Shown in pieces: positions 37,755 to 48,546 of a stretch of DNA of 64,000 nucleotides. Within the stretch, counting starts at the first letter, position 1. Each line of letters starts with the position of its first letter. Under the pieces are notes generated by a model. It made no database searches. It worked only from the letters and a program-made list of their open reading frames with translations, and was not told the origin of the DNA. The stretch lies in NCBI GenBank assembly GCA_963620035.1, contig CAVEXN010000009.1:5332-69331 (forward strand). The letters are read 5' to 3'. The position numbers and the translations under genes were made by a program. The stretch is from Oscillospiraceae bacterium (GTDB lineage: Bacteria > Bacteroidota > Bacteroidia > Bacteroidales > WCHB1-69).

Positions 37755-39014
37755 ATGCCGGAAAGAAAACATGTCGTTATCGGGATTACAGGTGGAATCG
37801 CCGCATACAAATCGTTGTTTTTGATCCGATTGTTCATGAAACAAGGGTATGAAGTTCAGGTCGTGGCCACGGCGAACGCATTGCAGTTTGTGACCCCGCT
37901 GTCCATAGAGACCCTTTCGCAGACCCGGCTGTATGTTGACACTTTTGAGCGGGCCTCTTTTATAGATGTCCGGCATGTGAGCCTGGCCGAATGGGCGGAT
38001 TGTGTGGTGGTGGCGCCGGCTACGGCCAATATGCTCGGAAAATATGCGAACGGCATTGCGGACGACGCACTCTCCACGCTGCTTTTGGCTACAAAAAAAA
38101 CTGTCTTCCTGGCACCGGCCATGAATGACAACATGTTTTCTCATCCTGCCGTGCAGCAGAATCTGCGGACACTCCAACAGCGGGGCTGCCGCATTATCTC
38201 CCCACAGTCGGGATTCCTCGCCTGCGGCAGCACCGGTACGGGACGAATGGATGAACCCGAAAGAATCTTCGATGCCGTAAACCGCTTTTTGGAAGAACTG
38301 CCTCCCCGTTCCATGGAAAAAGCAACGAAGACAGAACCCGAAGGTTTGAAAACAAATCTTTACGGGAAAAAAGTGATGATAACGGCCGGACCAACATACG
38401 AACCCATAGACCCTGTGCGCTTTGTGGGCAACTACTCTTCCGGGCTGATGGGCTTCTGCTTGGCCGAATCCGCAGCCGAACGGGGTGCAGAGGTTACGCT
38501 GGTGACGGGACCTGCCCACCTCAAGACAGTTCACCCCAATATTAAAAGGATTGACGTAGTGACCGCCGAGGAAATGTACCGCTGTTGCATGGACATCTTC
38601 AGGGACCAGGACCTTATGGTGATGGCCGCGGCCGTGGCTGACTACACGCCCGTCAAGGTGGCGAGAGAGAAAATCAAGAAACAGTCTGATACTATACAAC
38701 TCTCGTTGAAGAAAACCCCCGACATCCTTCGCTCTGTCGGACAATTGAAAGGCAAAGAACAGACACTTGTCGGCTTTGCCCTCGAAACAGAAAATGAGAT
38801 TGACAATGCATTGCACAAACTGCATACTAAAAATGCAGATTTCATCGTTCTCAATTCACTTCGCGACAAGGATGCCGGCTTCGGTACCGCCACCAACAAG
38901 GTGCGCATCATCTCCAAAGACGGCCAAATCGTAGAAAGTGAACTGAAAGACAAAAAATCTATTGCTGATGACATTATCGATTTTGTGACCAACAACAATA
39001 ATAATAAACCATAA
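37755..39014 (+). CDS. coaBC: Bifunctional phosphopantothenoylcysteine decarboxylase / phosphopantothenate-cysteine ligase
   Basis: GITGGIAAYK flavoprotein motif, PATANMLGKYANGIADD, CoaB half ITAGPTYEPIDPVRFVGNYSSG. Confidence 0.95.
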   Translation: MPERKHVVIGITGGIAAYKSLFLIRLFMKQGYEVQVVATANALQFVTPLSIETLSQTRLYVDTFERASFIDVRHVSLAEWADCVVVAPATANMLGKYANGIADDALSTLLLATKKTVFLAPAMNDNMFSHPAVQQNLRTLQQRGCRIISPQSGFLACGSTGTGRMDEPERIFDAVNRFLEELPPRSMEKATKTEPEGLKTNLYGKKVMITAGPTYEPIDPVRFVGNYSSGLMGFCLAESAAERGAEVTLVTGPAHLKTVHPNIKRIDVVTAEEMYRCCMDIFRDQDLMVMAAAVADYTPVKVAREKIKKQSDTIQLSLKKTPDILRSVGQLKGKEQTLVGFALETENEIDNALHKLHTKNADFIVLNSLRDKDAGFGTATNKVRIISKDGQIVESELKDKKSIADDIIDFVTNNNNNKP

Positions 39015-39922
39015 TGAAAAGACTCTTCACGCTGATTCTTCTGTCTTGTATCGTAGGCCTGACTTCGGCACAGGACTTCCAATGCCAGGTGTCCGTAAAT
39101 GCGACACAGGTGACCGGAGGGTCGAACCCACAACGCTTCAACGATTTGCAGCAGAAACTGTATCAGTTCATACACGACCGCAAATGGTGCCAATATAACC
39201 TCAAGACCAACGAGCGCATAGAGTGTGCCCTCCAGATCAACCTGACCGAAATATCCGGAGATGTTATGAAAGGCACAATGACAATCCTGCTACAACGTCC
39301 TGTATATAAGGCAAGTTACAAGACAACGCTGCTCAATTTCCAGGATAAGAAAGTGGAGTTCACATACGCAGAGGGCGACCAACTCGAGTATGCCGACAAC
39401 GTGAACCTTTCACAATTCACCTCCTTGATTGCCTATTACCTGAACCTTTTCCTTGCTGTTGAGTTTGATTCTTTCTCCTTGAACGGCGGATCTACATATT
39501 ATACTAAATGTCAGTCGATCGTTAATCTTAACACGTCTGCAAAAGAGGCAGGATGGAGCGTGGCAGACAAAGGGCAGAACAACCGTTACTGGATAACAGA
39601 GAATTTCACGAACAGCACTTACAGCAAACTGCACGATTTCTATTACCAGTACCATCGTCTCGGACTTGATGTTATGAGTGAGACCCCAGACGCCGGCCGT
39701 GCCGTCATTCTCGAGAGCCTCCGCCTTTTGCAGCAAGTATATTCCCAAAAGTCAGGGCTTGCGATGGTAAAGGTCATCACTTCTACCAAATGCGATGAAA
39801 TCGTCAACATTTTCAAAGAGGGTATGCCCAGCGAGAAGACACAGGTTGTCAATATTATGAAGCAGATAGACCCGACAAACTCGTCGAAATATGATGCCAT
39901 AAACTCGTCAAGCAGCAATTAG
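39014..39922 (+). CDS. DUF4835 family protein (labelled PorD-like T9SS component in some annotations, from memory)
   Basis: Signal peptide, about 300 aa, conserved position between coaBC and recN. The start overlaps the coaBC stop (TAATG). Confidence 0.6.
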   Translation: MKRLFTLILLSCIVGLTSAQDFQCQVSVNATQVTGGSNPQRFNDLQQKLYQFIHDRKWCQYNLKTNERIECALQINLTEISGDVMKGTMTILLQRPVYKASYKTTLLNFQDKKVEFTYAEGDQLEYADNVNLSQFTSLIAYYLNLFLAVEFDSFSLNGGSTYYTKCQSIVNLNTSAKEAGWSVADKGQNNRYWITENFTNSTYSKLHDFYYQYHRLGLDVMSETPDAGRAVILESLRLLQQVYSQKSGLAMVKVITSTKCDEIVNIFKEGMPSEKTQVVNIMKQIDPTNSSKYDAINSSSSN

Positions 39923-39927
39923 ACGGC

Positions 39928-41616
39928 ATGTTAAAGTCCCTGCAGATCAAGAATTACGCCCTGATACGGTCGCTCGACATATCGTTTGATTGCGGTTTTA
40001 CCGTCATCACGGGCGAGACCGGTGCGGGCAAGTCCATCTTGCTCGGCGCCTTGTCTCTGCTGCTCGGTAAGAGGGCCGAAACGGATGTGCTTTATGACAA
40101 GTCGCAGAAGTGCATCGTGGAGGGTACCTTCGACATTGCGTCATATGGGATGCAAGACTTGTTCACGACGCACGACCTCGACTATCAGGACTTGACAGTC
40201 ATTCGGCGCGAAATCAATGAAAGGGGAAAGTCGCGGGCCTTTGTCAACGATACTCCGGTGAACCTTGCCGTTCTCAAGGAACTGGCTGCCGGGCTGATAG
40301 ACATTCATTCGCAGCACCAGAACCTGTTTCTGCAAGATTCCGGATTCCGCTTGCAGTTGTTGGACCGTTTTGCACGCAATCAGGCAGCATTGTCGGCCTA
40401 TCGGGAATCTTTCGCATTACTGAAAAAGACAGAACGTGAATACGACAATCTGAAAGCAAGGCACAGCGAGGCTGCCTTGCAGCAGGAATTCAACAATTAT
40501 ACCATCCAGGAACTGGAAAAGGCATCGCTACAGCCCGGCGAGCAGGAAGAGGCAGAGAAATCCGTCTATATGCTTGACCACGCAGAACAGATAAAAACGC
40601 ACCTTTACAAAGCCGCAATGCAGCTTTCGGAGCAGGAAGGAGAAACTGTACTCACCAGACTCAAGGCCATACAGCAAGATTGTGAGTCGTTGAAAGAAAT
40701 TGGAACAGAATACGTTGACCTTTGCAACAGACTCAATGCAGTCATCATTGAACTGAAGGACATCTCTTACGACATTGCCCGCAAAGAGCAAGAGGTCACC
40801 GTGGACCCGGCGGAACAGAACCGCCTCAACGAACGGCTTGACCTGATTTATTCGTTGGAGCACAAATACCGGGTGGAGACCGTTGCAGACCTGCTGGCCA
40901 TTGCGGAACGGCTGAAAAAAGAGTCGGAAGCGTACGTTGACGGCGGAGCACAACTGGAGGCCTTGAACGCAGAACGGCGGCTGCTGCATGACCGGACCGC
41001 GCAGCTGGCCGCACGGCTTTCGGACAGCCGCCGGAAGGCGATACCGCAATTGGAGTCTGAAATCATGCAACAACTATCGCAGTTGTCTCTGCCAGGCGGC
41101 CGCTTTGAGATTAAGATGGAAAAAACGGGCGATTTACAGGAAAACGGCACGGACAGCGTAGCGTTCCTGTTCTCGGCCAACAAAGGCATGCCGCTTTCCG
41201 ATTTCGGCAAGGTGGCATCCGGCGGTGAAATGTCGCGCGTGATGTTGGCTCTGAAGTCTGTGATTTCAGACTCTGTGCTGCTCCCTACCGTAATCTTTGA
41301 TGAAATAGACACCGGCATATCCGGCGAGACGGCCAACAAGGTGGCAGAAGCCATGGAGCAGCTTGCCGGACGACATCAGGTCATAGCCATCACGCACCTC
41401 CCGCAGATTGCAGCCAAAGGAACCCGGCAGTATTGTGTGTTCAAGGAAGAACATGACGGTATGGTCGCCACGGGGCTCAAGGCGCTTGACGAAGCAGAAC
41501 GCGTGAAAGCGATTGCCGCACTCATTGGCGGAAACCAGGCGACTGACGCCACCACGAATGCCGCCCGCGAACTGCTCTACGGCAACAAGGTCGAGGATAA
41601 CCAATCTCCAAACTGA
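39928..41616 (+). CDS. recN: DNA repair protein RecN
   Basis: Walker A GETGAGKSIL, SMC signature ASGGEMSRVMLALK, Walker B VIFDEIDTG, long coiled-coil middle. Confidence 0.95.
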   Translation: MLKSLQIKNYALIRSLDISFDCGFTVITGETGAGKSILLGALSLLLGKRAETDVLYDKSQKCIVEGTFDIASYGMQDLFTTHDLDYQDLTVIRREINERGKSRAFVNDTPVNLAVLKELAAGLIDIHSQHQNLFLQDSGFRLQLLDRFARNQAALSAYRESFALLKKTEREYDNLKARHSEAALQQEFNNYTIQELEKASLQPGEQEEAEKSVYMLDHAEQIKTHLYKAAMQLSEQEGETVLTRLKAIQQDCESLKEIGTEYVDLCNRLNAVIIELKDISYDIARKEQEVTVDPAEQNRLNERLDLIYSLEHKYRVETVADLLAIAERLKKESEAYVDGGAQLEALNAERRLLHDRTAQLAARLSDSRRKAIPQLESEIMQQLSQLSLPGGRFEIKMEKTGDLQENGTDSVAFLFSANKGMPLSDFGKVASGGEMSRVMLALKSVISDSVLLPTVIFDEIDTGISGETANKVAEAMEQLAGRHQVIAITHLPQIAAKGTRQYCVFKEEHDGMVATGLKALDEAERVKAIAALIGGNQATDATTNAARELLYGNKVEDNQSPN

Positions 41617-41636
41617 ACAATCTCACGTGTGATAAA

Positions 41637-42263
41637 ATGAAAAAAACAATACTGTTCATTCTCGTGTTCATGACTCTCGTCTGTTCTTTGCAGGCACAGC
41701 GCCGACAGCAAGGCAGACGTTTTGTGTATATGACCTCTATAGGCTGCGCCGGTGGGATCGGGCATGTTGACCTTATAGACGATGACGGCGCTGCTTTCAA
41801 ACGTATCAACAATGACTTGGCCACTTTCCAGATCAACCAGTTGTTTGCCTACCGTTTCAATCCATACGTGATGTTGGGTATCGGCGCCGGGTTTGACATC
41901 TGGCGCACTACAGCATTCATTCCCGTTTATGCCAACCTGACCGTTGACTTCTGCAACACCCGCATAGCCCCATTGTGCTATGTCAACGCCGGGGCCGGCG
42001 GAAAGTGGTACATACAGTCAAAACCGCAGACCAACGACCGGATAGTCCATGGGATGAAATGGGGACCGTCGTGCGAAGCCGGCCTCGGCCTTCGCATAAA
42101 GTTCAACGACCGGCTCTCGTTGCTGCTTGCCGCCTGCTACAGGCTGCAACGTTCGGTGATAGGTTATTCGTACGACAACGACCAGTTTTCGGAATATTAT
42201 ACAAACCGCAGCTTGCCAATGAATTATCAATTCATTGGAGCCGGAATCGGAATCTCTTATTAA
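41637..42263 (+). CDS. Outer membrane beta-barrel protein (uncharacterised)
   Basis: Signal peptide, amphipathic strands, C-terminal GAGIGISY. Confidence 0.55.
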   Translation: MKKTILFILVFMTLVCSLQAQRRQQGRRFVYMTSIGCAGGIGHVDLIDDDGAAFKRINNDLATFQINQLFAYRFNPYVMLGIGAGFDIWRTTAFIPVYANLTVDFCNTRIAPLCYVNAGAGGKWYIQSKPQTNDRIVHGMKWGPSCEAGLGLRIKFNDRLSLLLAACYRLQRSVIGYSYDNDQFSEYYTNRSLPMNYQFIGAGIGISY

Positions 42264-42276
42264 AAACAGCCAAAAA

Positions 42277-42471
42277 ATGGACAAAGAAATATCTTATACA
42301 GAAGCTTTCAAGAAGTTGCAGGACATTGTGCAGAAGATGGAAAATGCAGACATCTCTGTTGACGACCTGAACGAGAACATCAAAGAGGCTTCACGTCTGA
42401 TCAGGATCTGCAAGGACAAATTGACGAAGACGGAAGAAGAAGTGAACAAAACCATTTCAGAACTCTCCTGA
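42277..42471 (+). CDS. xseB: Exodeoxyribonuclease VII small subunit
   Basis: 64 aa; SYTEAFKKLQDIVQKMENADISVDDL matches the XseB helical hairpin pattern. Start moved to the ATG at 42277. Confidence 0.82.
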   Translation: MDKEISYTEAFKKLQDIVQKMENADISVDDLNENIKEASRLIRICKDKLTKTEEEVNKTISELS

Positions 42472-43136
42472 TGTCCACGTTTGACCTGATAGACGCCGGC
42501 ACGGAAGCCTATTGCGAAGCGCACACCACACCGGAGAGCGATCTGCTCTACAGTCTTGGACGCGAGACGCACCTGCAGACCATCAATCCCCGTATGGCTT
42601 CGGGGCAGATGCAGGGGTTGCTGCTTTCGTTCATCGCCAAGATGCTGCGTCCGGCATATATTCTGGAAATCGGCACATTTACCGGCTATTCGGCACTACG
42701 CCTCGCCGAAGGACTCGCTCCCAAGGGCGAATTGCATACCATAGAGGTGAATGTTGAATACGAAGACCGCATACGACGTTATTGCAGCCAGTCGCCGCTC
42801 AACGACCGCATTTTTCTCCATGTAGGAGATGCTCGGGAAGTGGTGCCGGCGTTGCCAAACGTCTGGGACTTGGTTTTCATTGATGCCGACAAGGAGAACT
42901 ATACGCTTTATTATGACTTGGTGTTCCCGCATGTGAAAGAAGGCGGCTTCATTTTGGCCGACAACGTGCTGTGGAACGGAAAAGTGACAGAGGAGGTGGT
43001 TGCCTTCGACAAAGATACCCATGCCATTATGGACTTCAACGACAAGGTTCAGCAGGACAGCCGCGTGCGGAACCTCCTCTTGCCATTCCGTGACGGTATT
43101 ATGATGATTGAAAAACTACAGAATAATGCGCATTGA
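42471..43136 (+). CDS. Class I SAM-dependent O-methyltransferase (caffeoyl-CoA OMT-like family)
   Basis: [16 protein letters not shown]-binding motif, FIDADKENY. The start overlaps the xseB stop (TGATG). Confidence 0.8.
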   Translation: MSTFDLIDAGTEAYCEAHTTPESDLLYSLGRETHLQTINPRMASGQMQGLLLSFIAKMLRPAYILEIGTFTGYSALRLAEGLAPKGELHTIEVNVEYEDRIRRYCSQSPLNDRIFLHVGDAREVVPALPNVWDLVFIDADKENYTLYYDLVFPHVKEGGFILADNVLWNGKVTEEVVAFDKDTHAIMDFNDKVQQDSRVRNLLLPFRDGIMMIEKLQNNAH

Positions 43137-43809
43137 CATACTCACGCTTTTCCCTGACATGTTCAAGGGAGTGTTCGGGAACTCCATCCTCAAAAGAGCC
43201 GTTGACAAAGGCTACGTTTCGCTGCACACCCATGACATCAGGGACTATACCACCGACAAGCACCACAAGGCCGACGACTATCCTTTTGGCGGCGGCGCCG
43301 GTATGGTGATGATGATTGAACCTATTGCCCGATGCATAGAGCAACTGAAACAGGAACGGACCTACGACGCAGTCTTCCTGATGGCGCCGGACGGCAAAAC
43401 GTTCAACCAACGCAAAGCCAACGAAATGTCGTTGCTCAACAACATCATTTTGCTGTGCGGGCATTACAAGGGAGTTGACGAAAGAGTAAGGGAACTCTAT
43501 GTGACCGAAGAACTGAGCATCGGCGACTATGTGCTGTCCGGAGGCGAGCTTGCCGCCATGGTCATTGCAGACGCCATCGCCCGCGTTATTCCCGGGGTAC
43601 TCGGAGATGCCGAATCGGCACTGTCAGATTCGTTCCAAGACGGGTTGCTTTCTGCCCCTGTCTATACCCGCCCCGCAAACTACAACGGCCATTGTGTCCC
43701 CGAGGTGCTGCTTTCCGGCAACGACCGGCTCATCTCCGAATGGAAACGGGAACAGCAATTGAAAAGAACCGGACAACGTCGCCCTGACCTGCTAGATAAA
43801 CGCCTATGA
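43126..43809 (+). CDS. trmD: tRNA (guanine37-N1)-methyltransferase
   Basis: [39 protein letters not shown]. Confidence 0.95.
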   Translation: MRIDILTLFPDMFKGVFGNSILKRAVDKGYVSLHTHDIRDYTTDKHHKADDYPFGGGAGMVMMIEPIARCIEQLKQERTYDAVFLMAPDGKTFNQRKANEMSLLNNIILLCGHYKGVDERVRELYVTEELSIGDYVLSGGELAAMVIADAIARVIPGVLGDAESALSDSFQDGLLSAPVYTRPANYNGHCVPEVLLSGNDRLISEWKREQQLKRTGQRRPDLLDKRL

Positions 43810-45095
43810 ACGGAAATGCAGTCTCGGATGTGCACAGACAGTCCGGCAAAGGACGCCTCTTTACCGGCAATTGGCATTTTTACGTCTTTTATGCTCTGTT
43901 GTTGCTGGCAATGGCTTCATTGCCGTTTACCAATTGGCTGATGCTCCCTGTCGCGGTCCTGATGTTTCTCGATTGGATTATAGCCTGGAATTGGAAAGAA
44001 AAAATCCGGAATCTGAAAGAGAATGTTTCGCCCGCTGCCGGCATCATCCTTTTCTCGCTTTATGCACTGGTGATTTATGGCTTTTTCCTTTCATCCAATA
44101 AAGCACATGCGTTTGCGGCTTTCGACTGCAACCTCTGGTTTCTGGCCGCACCGCTCTTTATCCTGGCATACAGCCGCAAAGATCTCAACCCAATGCGAAT
44201 ACGTGTCGCCTTGCTGGTTTTTGCACTGTTCACCTTTCTGCACCTATGCGTCATATTCGGCATAGCCATTACCAAATATATCCGGACGGACGACAGTTAT
44301 GGGCTGTTCTATATACACTTGTCCTTGTTGAGACACCCCTCATACCTCGCCATGTATGTTACATTTTCATTCTGCATAGTTCTTGAATTTCTCGCAAAAG
44401 AAAAAGAGCGGCTCTCAACCTTGGCCGAAATGTTTGTCATCTTCGTTTTGGCGGTTTTTGTGGTGAGTGTATTCTTCTTGCAGTCAAAAGCCGGCATATT
44501 GATATTCCTATTGATCGGTGCATTGTGGATGGTGAACCTCTGGATCATACGCACCGTCAACATCGCGGCGGTGCTCAGCATTCTGGTCTGCGTAGGCAGT
44601 GCTGTTGTGGTTTTGAACCAAACCGGCGACTTGCCGGTTCGTCGGTTCCAGGCTTCGGTTGAGGACATCGAGCAGTTCCGGAACCAAGAACTCGGCGACG
44701 GCAGTACAGAAATTCGTCTTACAGTATGGAAGTCGGCCTTGGAAATCAGCCGCAAAAACATGCCATGGGGGGTAGGCACCGGCGATGCGACGGACGAACT
44801 CTGTCTGAATGCCGTCCAAAAGAACTACACAAACCTGATAGGACATCATTTCAATGCACACAACCAGTACCTTCAAACCTTGCTCACTCTTGGCCTCCCC
44901 GGAATGGTAGCACTGCTCTGCTATTGCGGCTTGCCCTTTGTAGTCGGTTTCAAGCGAAAGGATGTCTTGTATCTATCCTTTGCCGTCATCGTAATACTGA
45001 ATTTGGCGGCAGAATCGATGTTTGAGACGCGCGCCGGGGTCGATTTCATTGCCTTGATGAACGTGTTGCTGCTTTTGAAAGCCAAAACAATCTGA
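43806..45095 (+). CDS. O-antigen ligase (Wzy_C) family polytopic membrane protein
   Basis: About 10-12 TM segments with a large loop containing WGVGTGD...HNQYLQTL typical of O-antigen ligase-like proteins. ATGA overlap with trmD. Confidence 0.7.
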   Translation: MNGNAVSDVHRQSGKGRLFTGNWHFYVFYALLLLAMASLPFTNWLMLPVAVLMFLDWIIAWNWKEKIRNLKENVSPAAGIILFSLYALVIYGFFLSSNKAHAFAAFDCNLWFLAAPLFILAYSRKDLNPMRIRVALLVFALFTFLHLCVIFGIAITKYIRTDDSYGLFYIHLSLLRHPSYLAMYVTFSFCIVLEFLAKEKERLSTLAEMFVIFVLAVFVVSVFFLQSKAGILIFLLIGALWMVNLWIIRTVNIAAVLSILVCVGSAVVVLNQTGDLPVRRFQASVEDIEQFRNQELGDGSTEIRLTVWKSALEISRKNMPWGVGTGDATDELCLNAVQKNYTNLIGHHFNAHNQYLQTLLTLGLPGMVALLCYCGLPFVVGFKRKDVLYLSFAVIVILNLAAESMFETRAGVDFIALMNVLLLLKAKTI

Positions 45096-45173
45096 AAAAG
45101 ACGTGATTTACTTCTATGCGTTGCCAGATGTTCTTCTTGCGGAAATGAGTATCGTCCCTTTGTCTTTTTATGC

Positions 45174-45181
45174 TATCTTTG
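45174..45181 (+). promoter_or_regulatory. -7 box TATCTTTG for the C25 peptidase gene
   Basis: TAnnTTTG match 42 nt upstream of the ATG. Confidence 0.45.
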
Positions 45182-45222
45182 CGCCCTTGTTTAAAAGATG
45201 TTGAAATAAAAAAACACGTGCA

Positions 45223-48200
45223 ATGAGTCGTTTGAAAAAGTTTGTCCTGCTTTTGTCCGCATTGTTCATCCTCATATCATCTGTATATTCACAGAATGAA
45301 AAGATTCGTGTCACGACAGTGACCGCTTCGGAAAAGGAGATTGTGGTGCGTGCCGATTTCCCGGATTTCGAAATCTCTTCGGTAGAGGTGAACGGAGAAA
45401 CGATGCAAAAGTTGTTCATGCCGGATGCTTGCCCCTTGCTGAACGCTGGCGAACCGGAACTTCTCCAGAAATCCGTTTCGCTGATTGTGCCCGAACATAG
45501 CCGCCCCGTCGTTGAAGTCATGTCTTCGGAGTACGAAATAATGCCGGATGTGAATCTGGTCCCGTCAAAAGGGAAGTTATACCGCAATGTTGACCCGTCT
45601 GACATTCCTTACAAAAAAGGGGCGGTCTATCAGAAAGACTGTTTCCTTTATGGGGATTCTGTTGAGGTGCAGAAGCCTTACGTGCTGCGTGACTATTCAG
45701 GAGTATCGGTGCGGCTTTTCCCTTTTGCCTACAATCCGCTCCGCCGGCAACTGAAGGTCTGCAAAAGCATTACGCTAAAGGTGACATATAACAGCAAAAA
45801 TCACATAAAACCCGTACCGGTCGTTCCCGCAGTCTTTGATGCGGTATATAAAGAGCATTTTCTGAATTACGAAACGGTCAGTGCCGGCAGTATGACTGAA
45901 AGCGGGGAAATCCTTGTCGTGTCGCCGGCGGAGTTCCTTGCAGCCCTGCAACCGTACGTGCAATGGAAAACCCGCTGCGGCTATAAGGTCACCGCAGTCT
46001 CGCTTGAAACGGCAGGCAATACGGCAAATGCTGTCAAAGCCTACATTTCAAATTATTACAACCGACACCGGCCGGCCTTTCTGCTGTTGGTGGGCGATGA
46101 CAGCAAGTTTCCCGTGCTGACGGTTGGCGGCAACACGAGCGACAACTGTTACGGCGAACTTGCGGGCGACGATGTCTATCCGGATGTCATCGTGGGCAAG
46201 ATTTCAGCAGTTACGGCAGACCAGGTGCGCACACAGGTGGAACGTTTTGTGGATTACGAGCGCAACCCGTCCGACACGGCCCACTTCCCCGTGTTTTGCG
46301 GCATCGCCTCCTCCGAAGGCCCCGGCGACAACAACGAGTATGACTATGACCATATCCGCAATATCGGAAATGTGCTGTCTGCTTATACATATACCTCTGG
46401 TTATGAACTCTTTGACGGTAGTCATGGTGGTATGGATGCTGCGGGTGACCCCGCCCCCGCACATGTGACAACGGCGCTCAACGGCGGGGTAGGCATTGTC
46501 AACTACTGCGGACATGGTGTCTATACGGGCTGGAGTACTACGGGATTCAGTTCTGCCCATGTCAGGCAACTTGACAATGCAGGGAAGTTGCCTTTCATCA
46601 TCTCCGTGGCTTGTCAGAACGGCGATTATGTAGGCAGAACCTGCTTCGCCGAGGAGTGGCTGCGCGCTGAAAGGAACGGAAGCCCCGTTGGTGCGGTGGG
46701 CGCGCTGATGTCCACGATAAACCAGCCGTGGATTTCGCCAATGTATGCACAAGACCGTATGATGCAACACTTGACAGGCACGAACGGGAGTTTTCAGTCC
46801 GAAACGTTAGGCGGCATCATTTTTAACGGCATTGCAGACATGCTCGACCATTACAACGACTATGAAGTATCCCGCACCTGGGTGCTCTTTGGCGACCCGA
46901 CGCTGCGAGTGCGCACTTCCGCTCCGCAAACACTCGATGTGACGCACGCAAGCCAGATATCCGCCGGATTGTCTTCCGTTGACTTCACGTCGCCGGCGGA
47001 GGGTGCAAGGGTTTCTGTCGTCAAAGGCGATGAACTTGTGACCACGGGTGTGGTGCGAGGCGGCAACGTGACGCTAGATATCTCCGCGTTCCCCGTTGAC
47101 ATAGACACGCTGGATGTGGTGGCAGTCGCCTCCGGCTATTTGCCCTACGAGGGAACAATCAGCAGAACGTCTGTGCAAGGTCCCTATATATTCTGCTCTT
47201 CCCTTGAACCCGACAGTTCCAGAATGGCGGTTTATGGCACCAGGGTAACCCTGAAAGCCGCATTCCGCAATATAGGCAACAATGGCGCAACCCGTATCCA
47301 GACGCGCCTCAGAACGGAGGATCCTTATTTGACGGTCGTTGATAGTTCGTTGACGCTGCTCAGGCTCGACTCGGGCAGCACGTCTGAAAGGCACGCCGCA
47401 TATACCATCAGCGTCGCCCCGAATGCGCCGGCAGCGCATGAGGCTAAGCTTACAGTAAGAACGGCTTTTGAGGGAACTGTCGTGGAACGCACATTCACGA
47501 TAACACTTCACGCACCTGCGCTGACTGTCGAGTCGTGTACGTTCAATGATGCCGCTTCGGACAACCCGAACGGGCGTTTTGATTTCGGTGAGACGGGTCA
47601 ATTGCAGCTTTCCCTCGTCAATCAGGGCAACTATGAGGCTCCGGCCGGCAACCTCCGCATCAATTCCATGGATGGCAAGATATTGTTGACAGAGCAGGAT
47701 TTTCTTGTCGCAACTATCGGAGTGGGGGAGAAAAGTGTTGTAGAGGTTACGGCAACCGCCTCCCCGGAGGTCACAAGTCCAACATACGCCAGACTTAAGG
47801 CGGTATATACCGCAGGAAGCATTACATCCGAAAAGGTCTTTTCCGTCAGGGTGGGAGCCCTGGTTGAGAATTGGGAGTCAGGCGATTTTTCCGCTTTCGC
47901 CTGGAATACATCCGGCAGCAAGGCCTGGACTGTTACTGACCGGAATGTTTATGAGGGCAGTTATGCCGTTCGTTCGGCCGCCATCGGCAACAATGCCACC
48001 AGCAATCTCTCCATCACGGTCTCCACCAATGTGCCCGACACGCTCTCTTTTTATTATTGGGTGTCGTCAGAGGAGGACTACGACTTCTTGATTTTCAAGG
48101 TTGACGGGGAGGAGAAAGGAAAATGGAGCGGCAATACCGGATGGCAACGCTTTGCCTGTGTCCTGCCCGCAGGTCAGCATTTGATCAAATGGACTTATGA

Positions 48201-48543
48201 AAAGGATGCCTATTATTCTGAAGGCTCAGACATGGCGATGCTTGACATGATTGAGTTCCCACTCCCGGATGCTGCTACCGGCATTCCGGAAAACAGTGCC
48301 GGAACCCTATATTTGTCGCCGAACCCAACAACCGGCATCACTTACCTTTGCGCAGAAAGTTCTGTCCCTTTGAACGGAAGCGAATATAGACTGTTTGATG
48401 TCGGCGGACGCTTGTTGTTGCAAGGTGTCGTTGAAAGCACACGACAGCAGTTCGCATTCGATGGACTGAAAGCCGGTATTTACCTGTTAGAGGTGACAGA
48501 TAATGATAAGAACATTCAGATTTTAAAGTTGATTAAACAGTAA
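45223..48543 (+). CDS. C25 (gingipain-like) cysteine peptidase with Ig-like/lectin-like domains and T9SS C-terminal sorting domain
   Basis: Catalytic-type motifs NYCGHG (His) and SVACQNG (Cys), LLLVGDD, N-terminal pro-domain-sized region, WESGDFSAFAW lectin/MAM-like module. C-terminus LSPNPTTG...GIYLLEV. Confidence 0.85.
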   Translation: MSRLKKFVLLLSALFILISSVYSQNEKIRVTTVTASEKEIVVRADFPDFEISSVEVNGETMQKLFMPDACPLLNAGEPELLQKSVSLIVPEHSRPVVEVMSSEYEIMPDVNLVPSKGKLYRNVDPSDIPYKKGAVYQKDCFLYGDSVEVQKPYVLRDYSGVSVRLFPFAYNPLRRQLKVCKSITLKVTYNSKNHIKPVPVVPAVFDAVYKEHFLNYETVSAGSMTESGEILVVSPAEFLAALQPYVQWKTRCGYKVTAVSLETAGNTANAVKAYISNYYNRHRPAFLLLVGDDSKFPVLTVGGNTSDNCYGELAGDDVYPDVIVGKISAVTADQVRTQVERFVDYERNPSDTAHFPVFCGIASSEGPGDNNEYDYDHIRNIGNVLSAYTYTSGYELFDGSHGGMDAAGDPAPAHVTTALNGGVGIVNYCGHGVYTGWSTTGFSSAHVRQLDNAGKLPFIISVACQNGDYVGRTCFAEEWLRAERNGSPVGAVGALMSTINQPWISPMYAQDRMMQHLTGTNGSFQSETLGGIIFNGIADMLDHYNDYEVSRTWVLFGDPTLRVRTSAPQTLDVTHASQISAGLSSVDFTSPAEGARVSVVKGDELVTTGVVRGGNVTLDISAFPVDIDTLDVVAVASGYLPYEGTISRTSVQGPYIFCSSLEPDSSRMAVYGTRVTLKAAFRNIGNNGATRIQTRLRTEDPYLTVVDSSLTLLRLDSGSTSERHAAYTISVAPNAPAAHEAKLTVRTAFEGTVVERTFTITLHAPALTVESCTFNDAASDNPNGRFDFGETGQLQLSLVNQGNYEAPAGNLRINSMDGKILLTEQDFLVATIGVGEKSVVEVTATASPEVTSPTYARLKAVYTAGSITSEKVFSVRVGALVENWESGDFSAFAWNTSGSKAWTVTDRNVYEGSYAVRSAAIGNNATSNLSITVSTNVPDTLSFYYWVSSEEDYDFLIFKVDGEEKGKWSGNTGWQRFACVLPAGQHLIKWTYEKDAYYSEGSDMAMLDMIEFPLPDAATGIPENSAGTLYLSPNPTTGITYLCAESSVPLNGSEYRLFDVGGRLLLQGVVESTRQQFAFDGLKAGIYLLEVTDNDKNIQILKLIKQ

Positions 48544-48546
48544 AAA

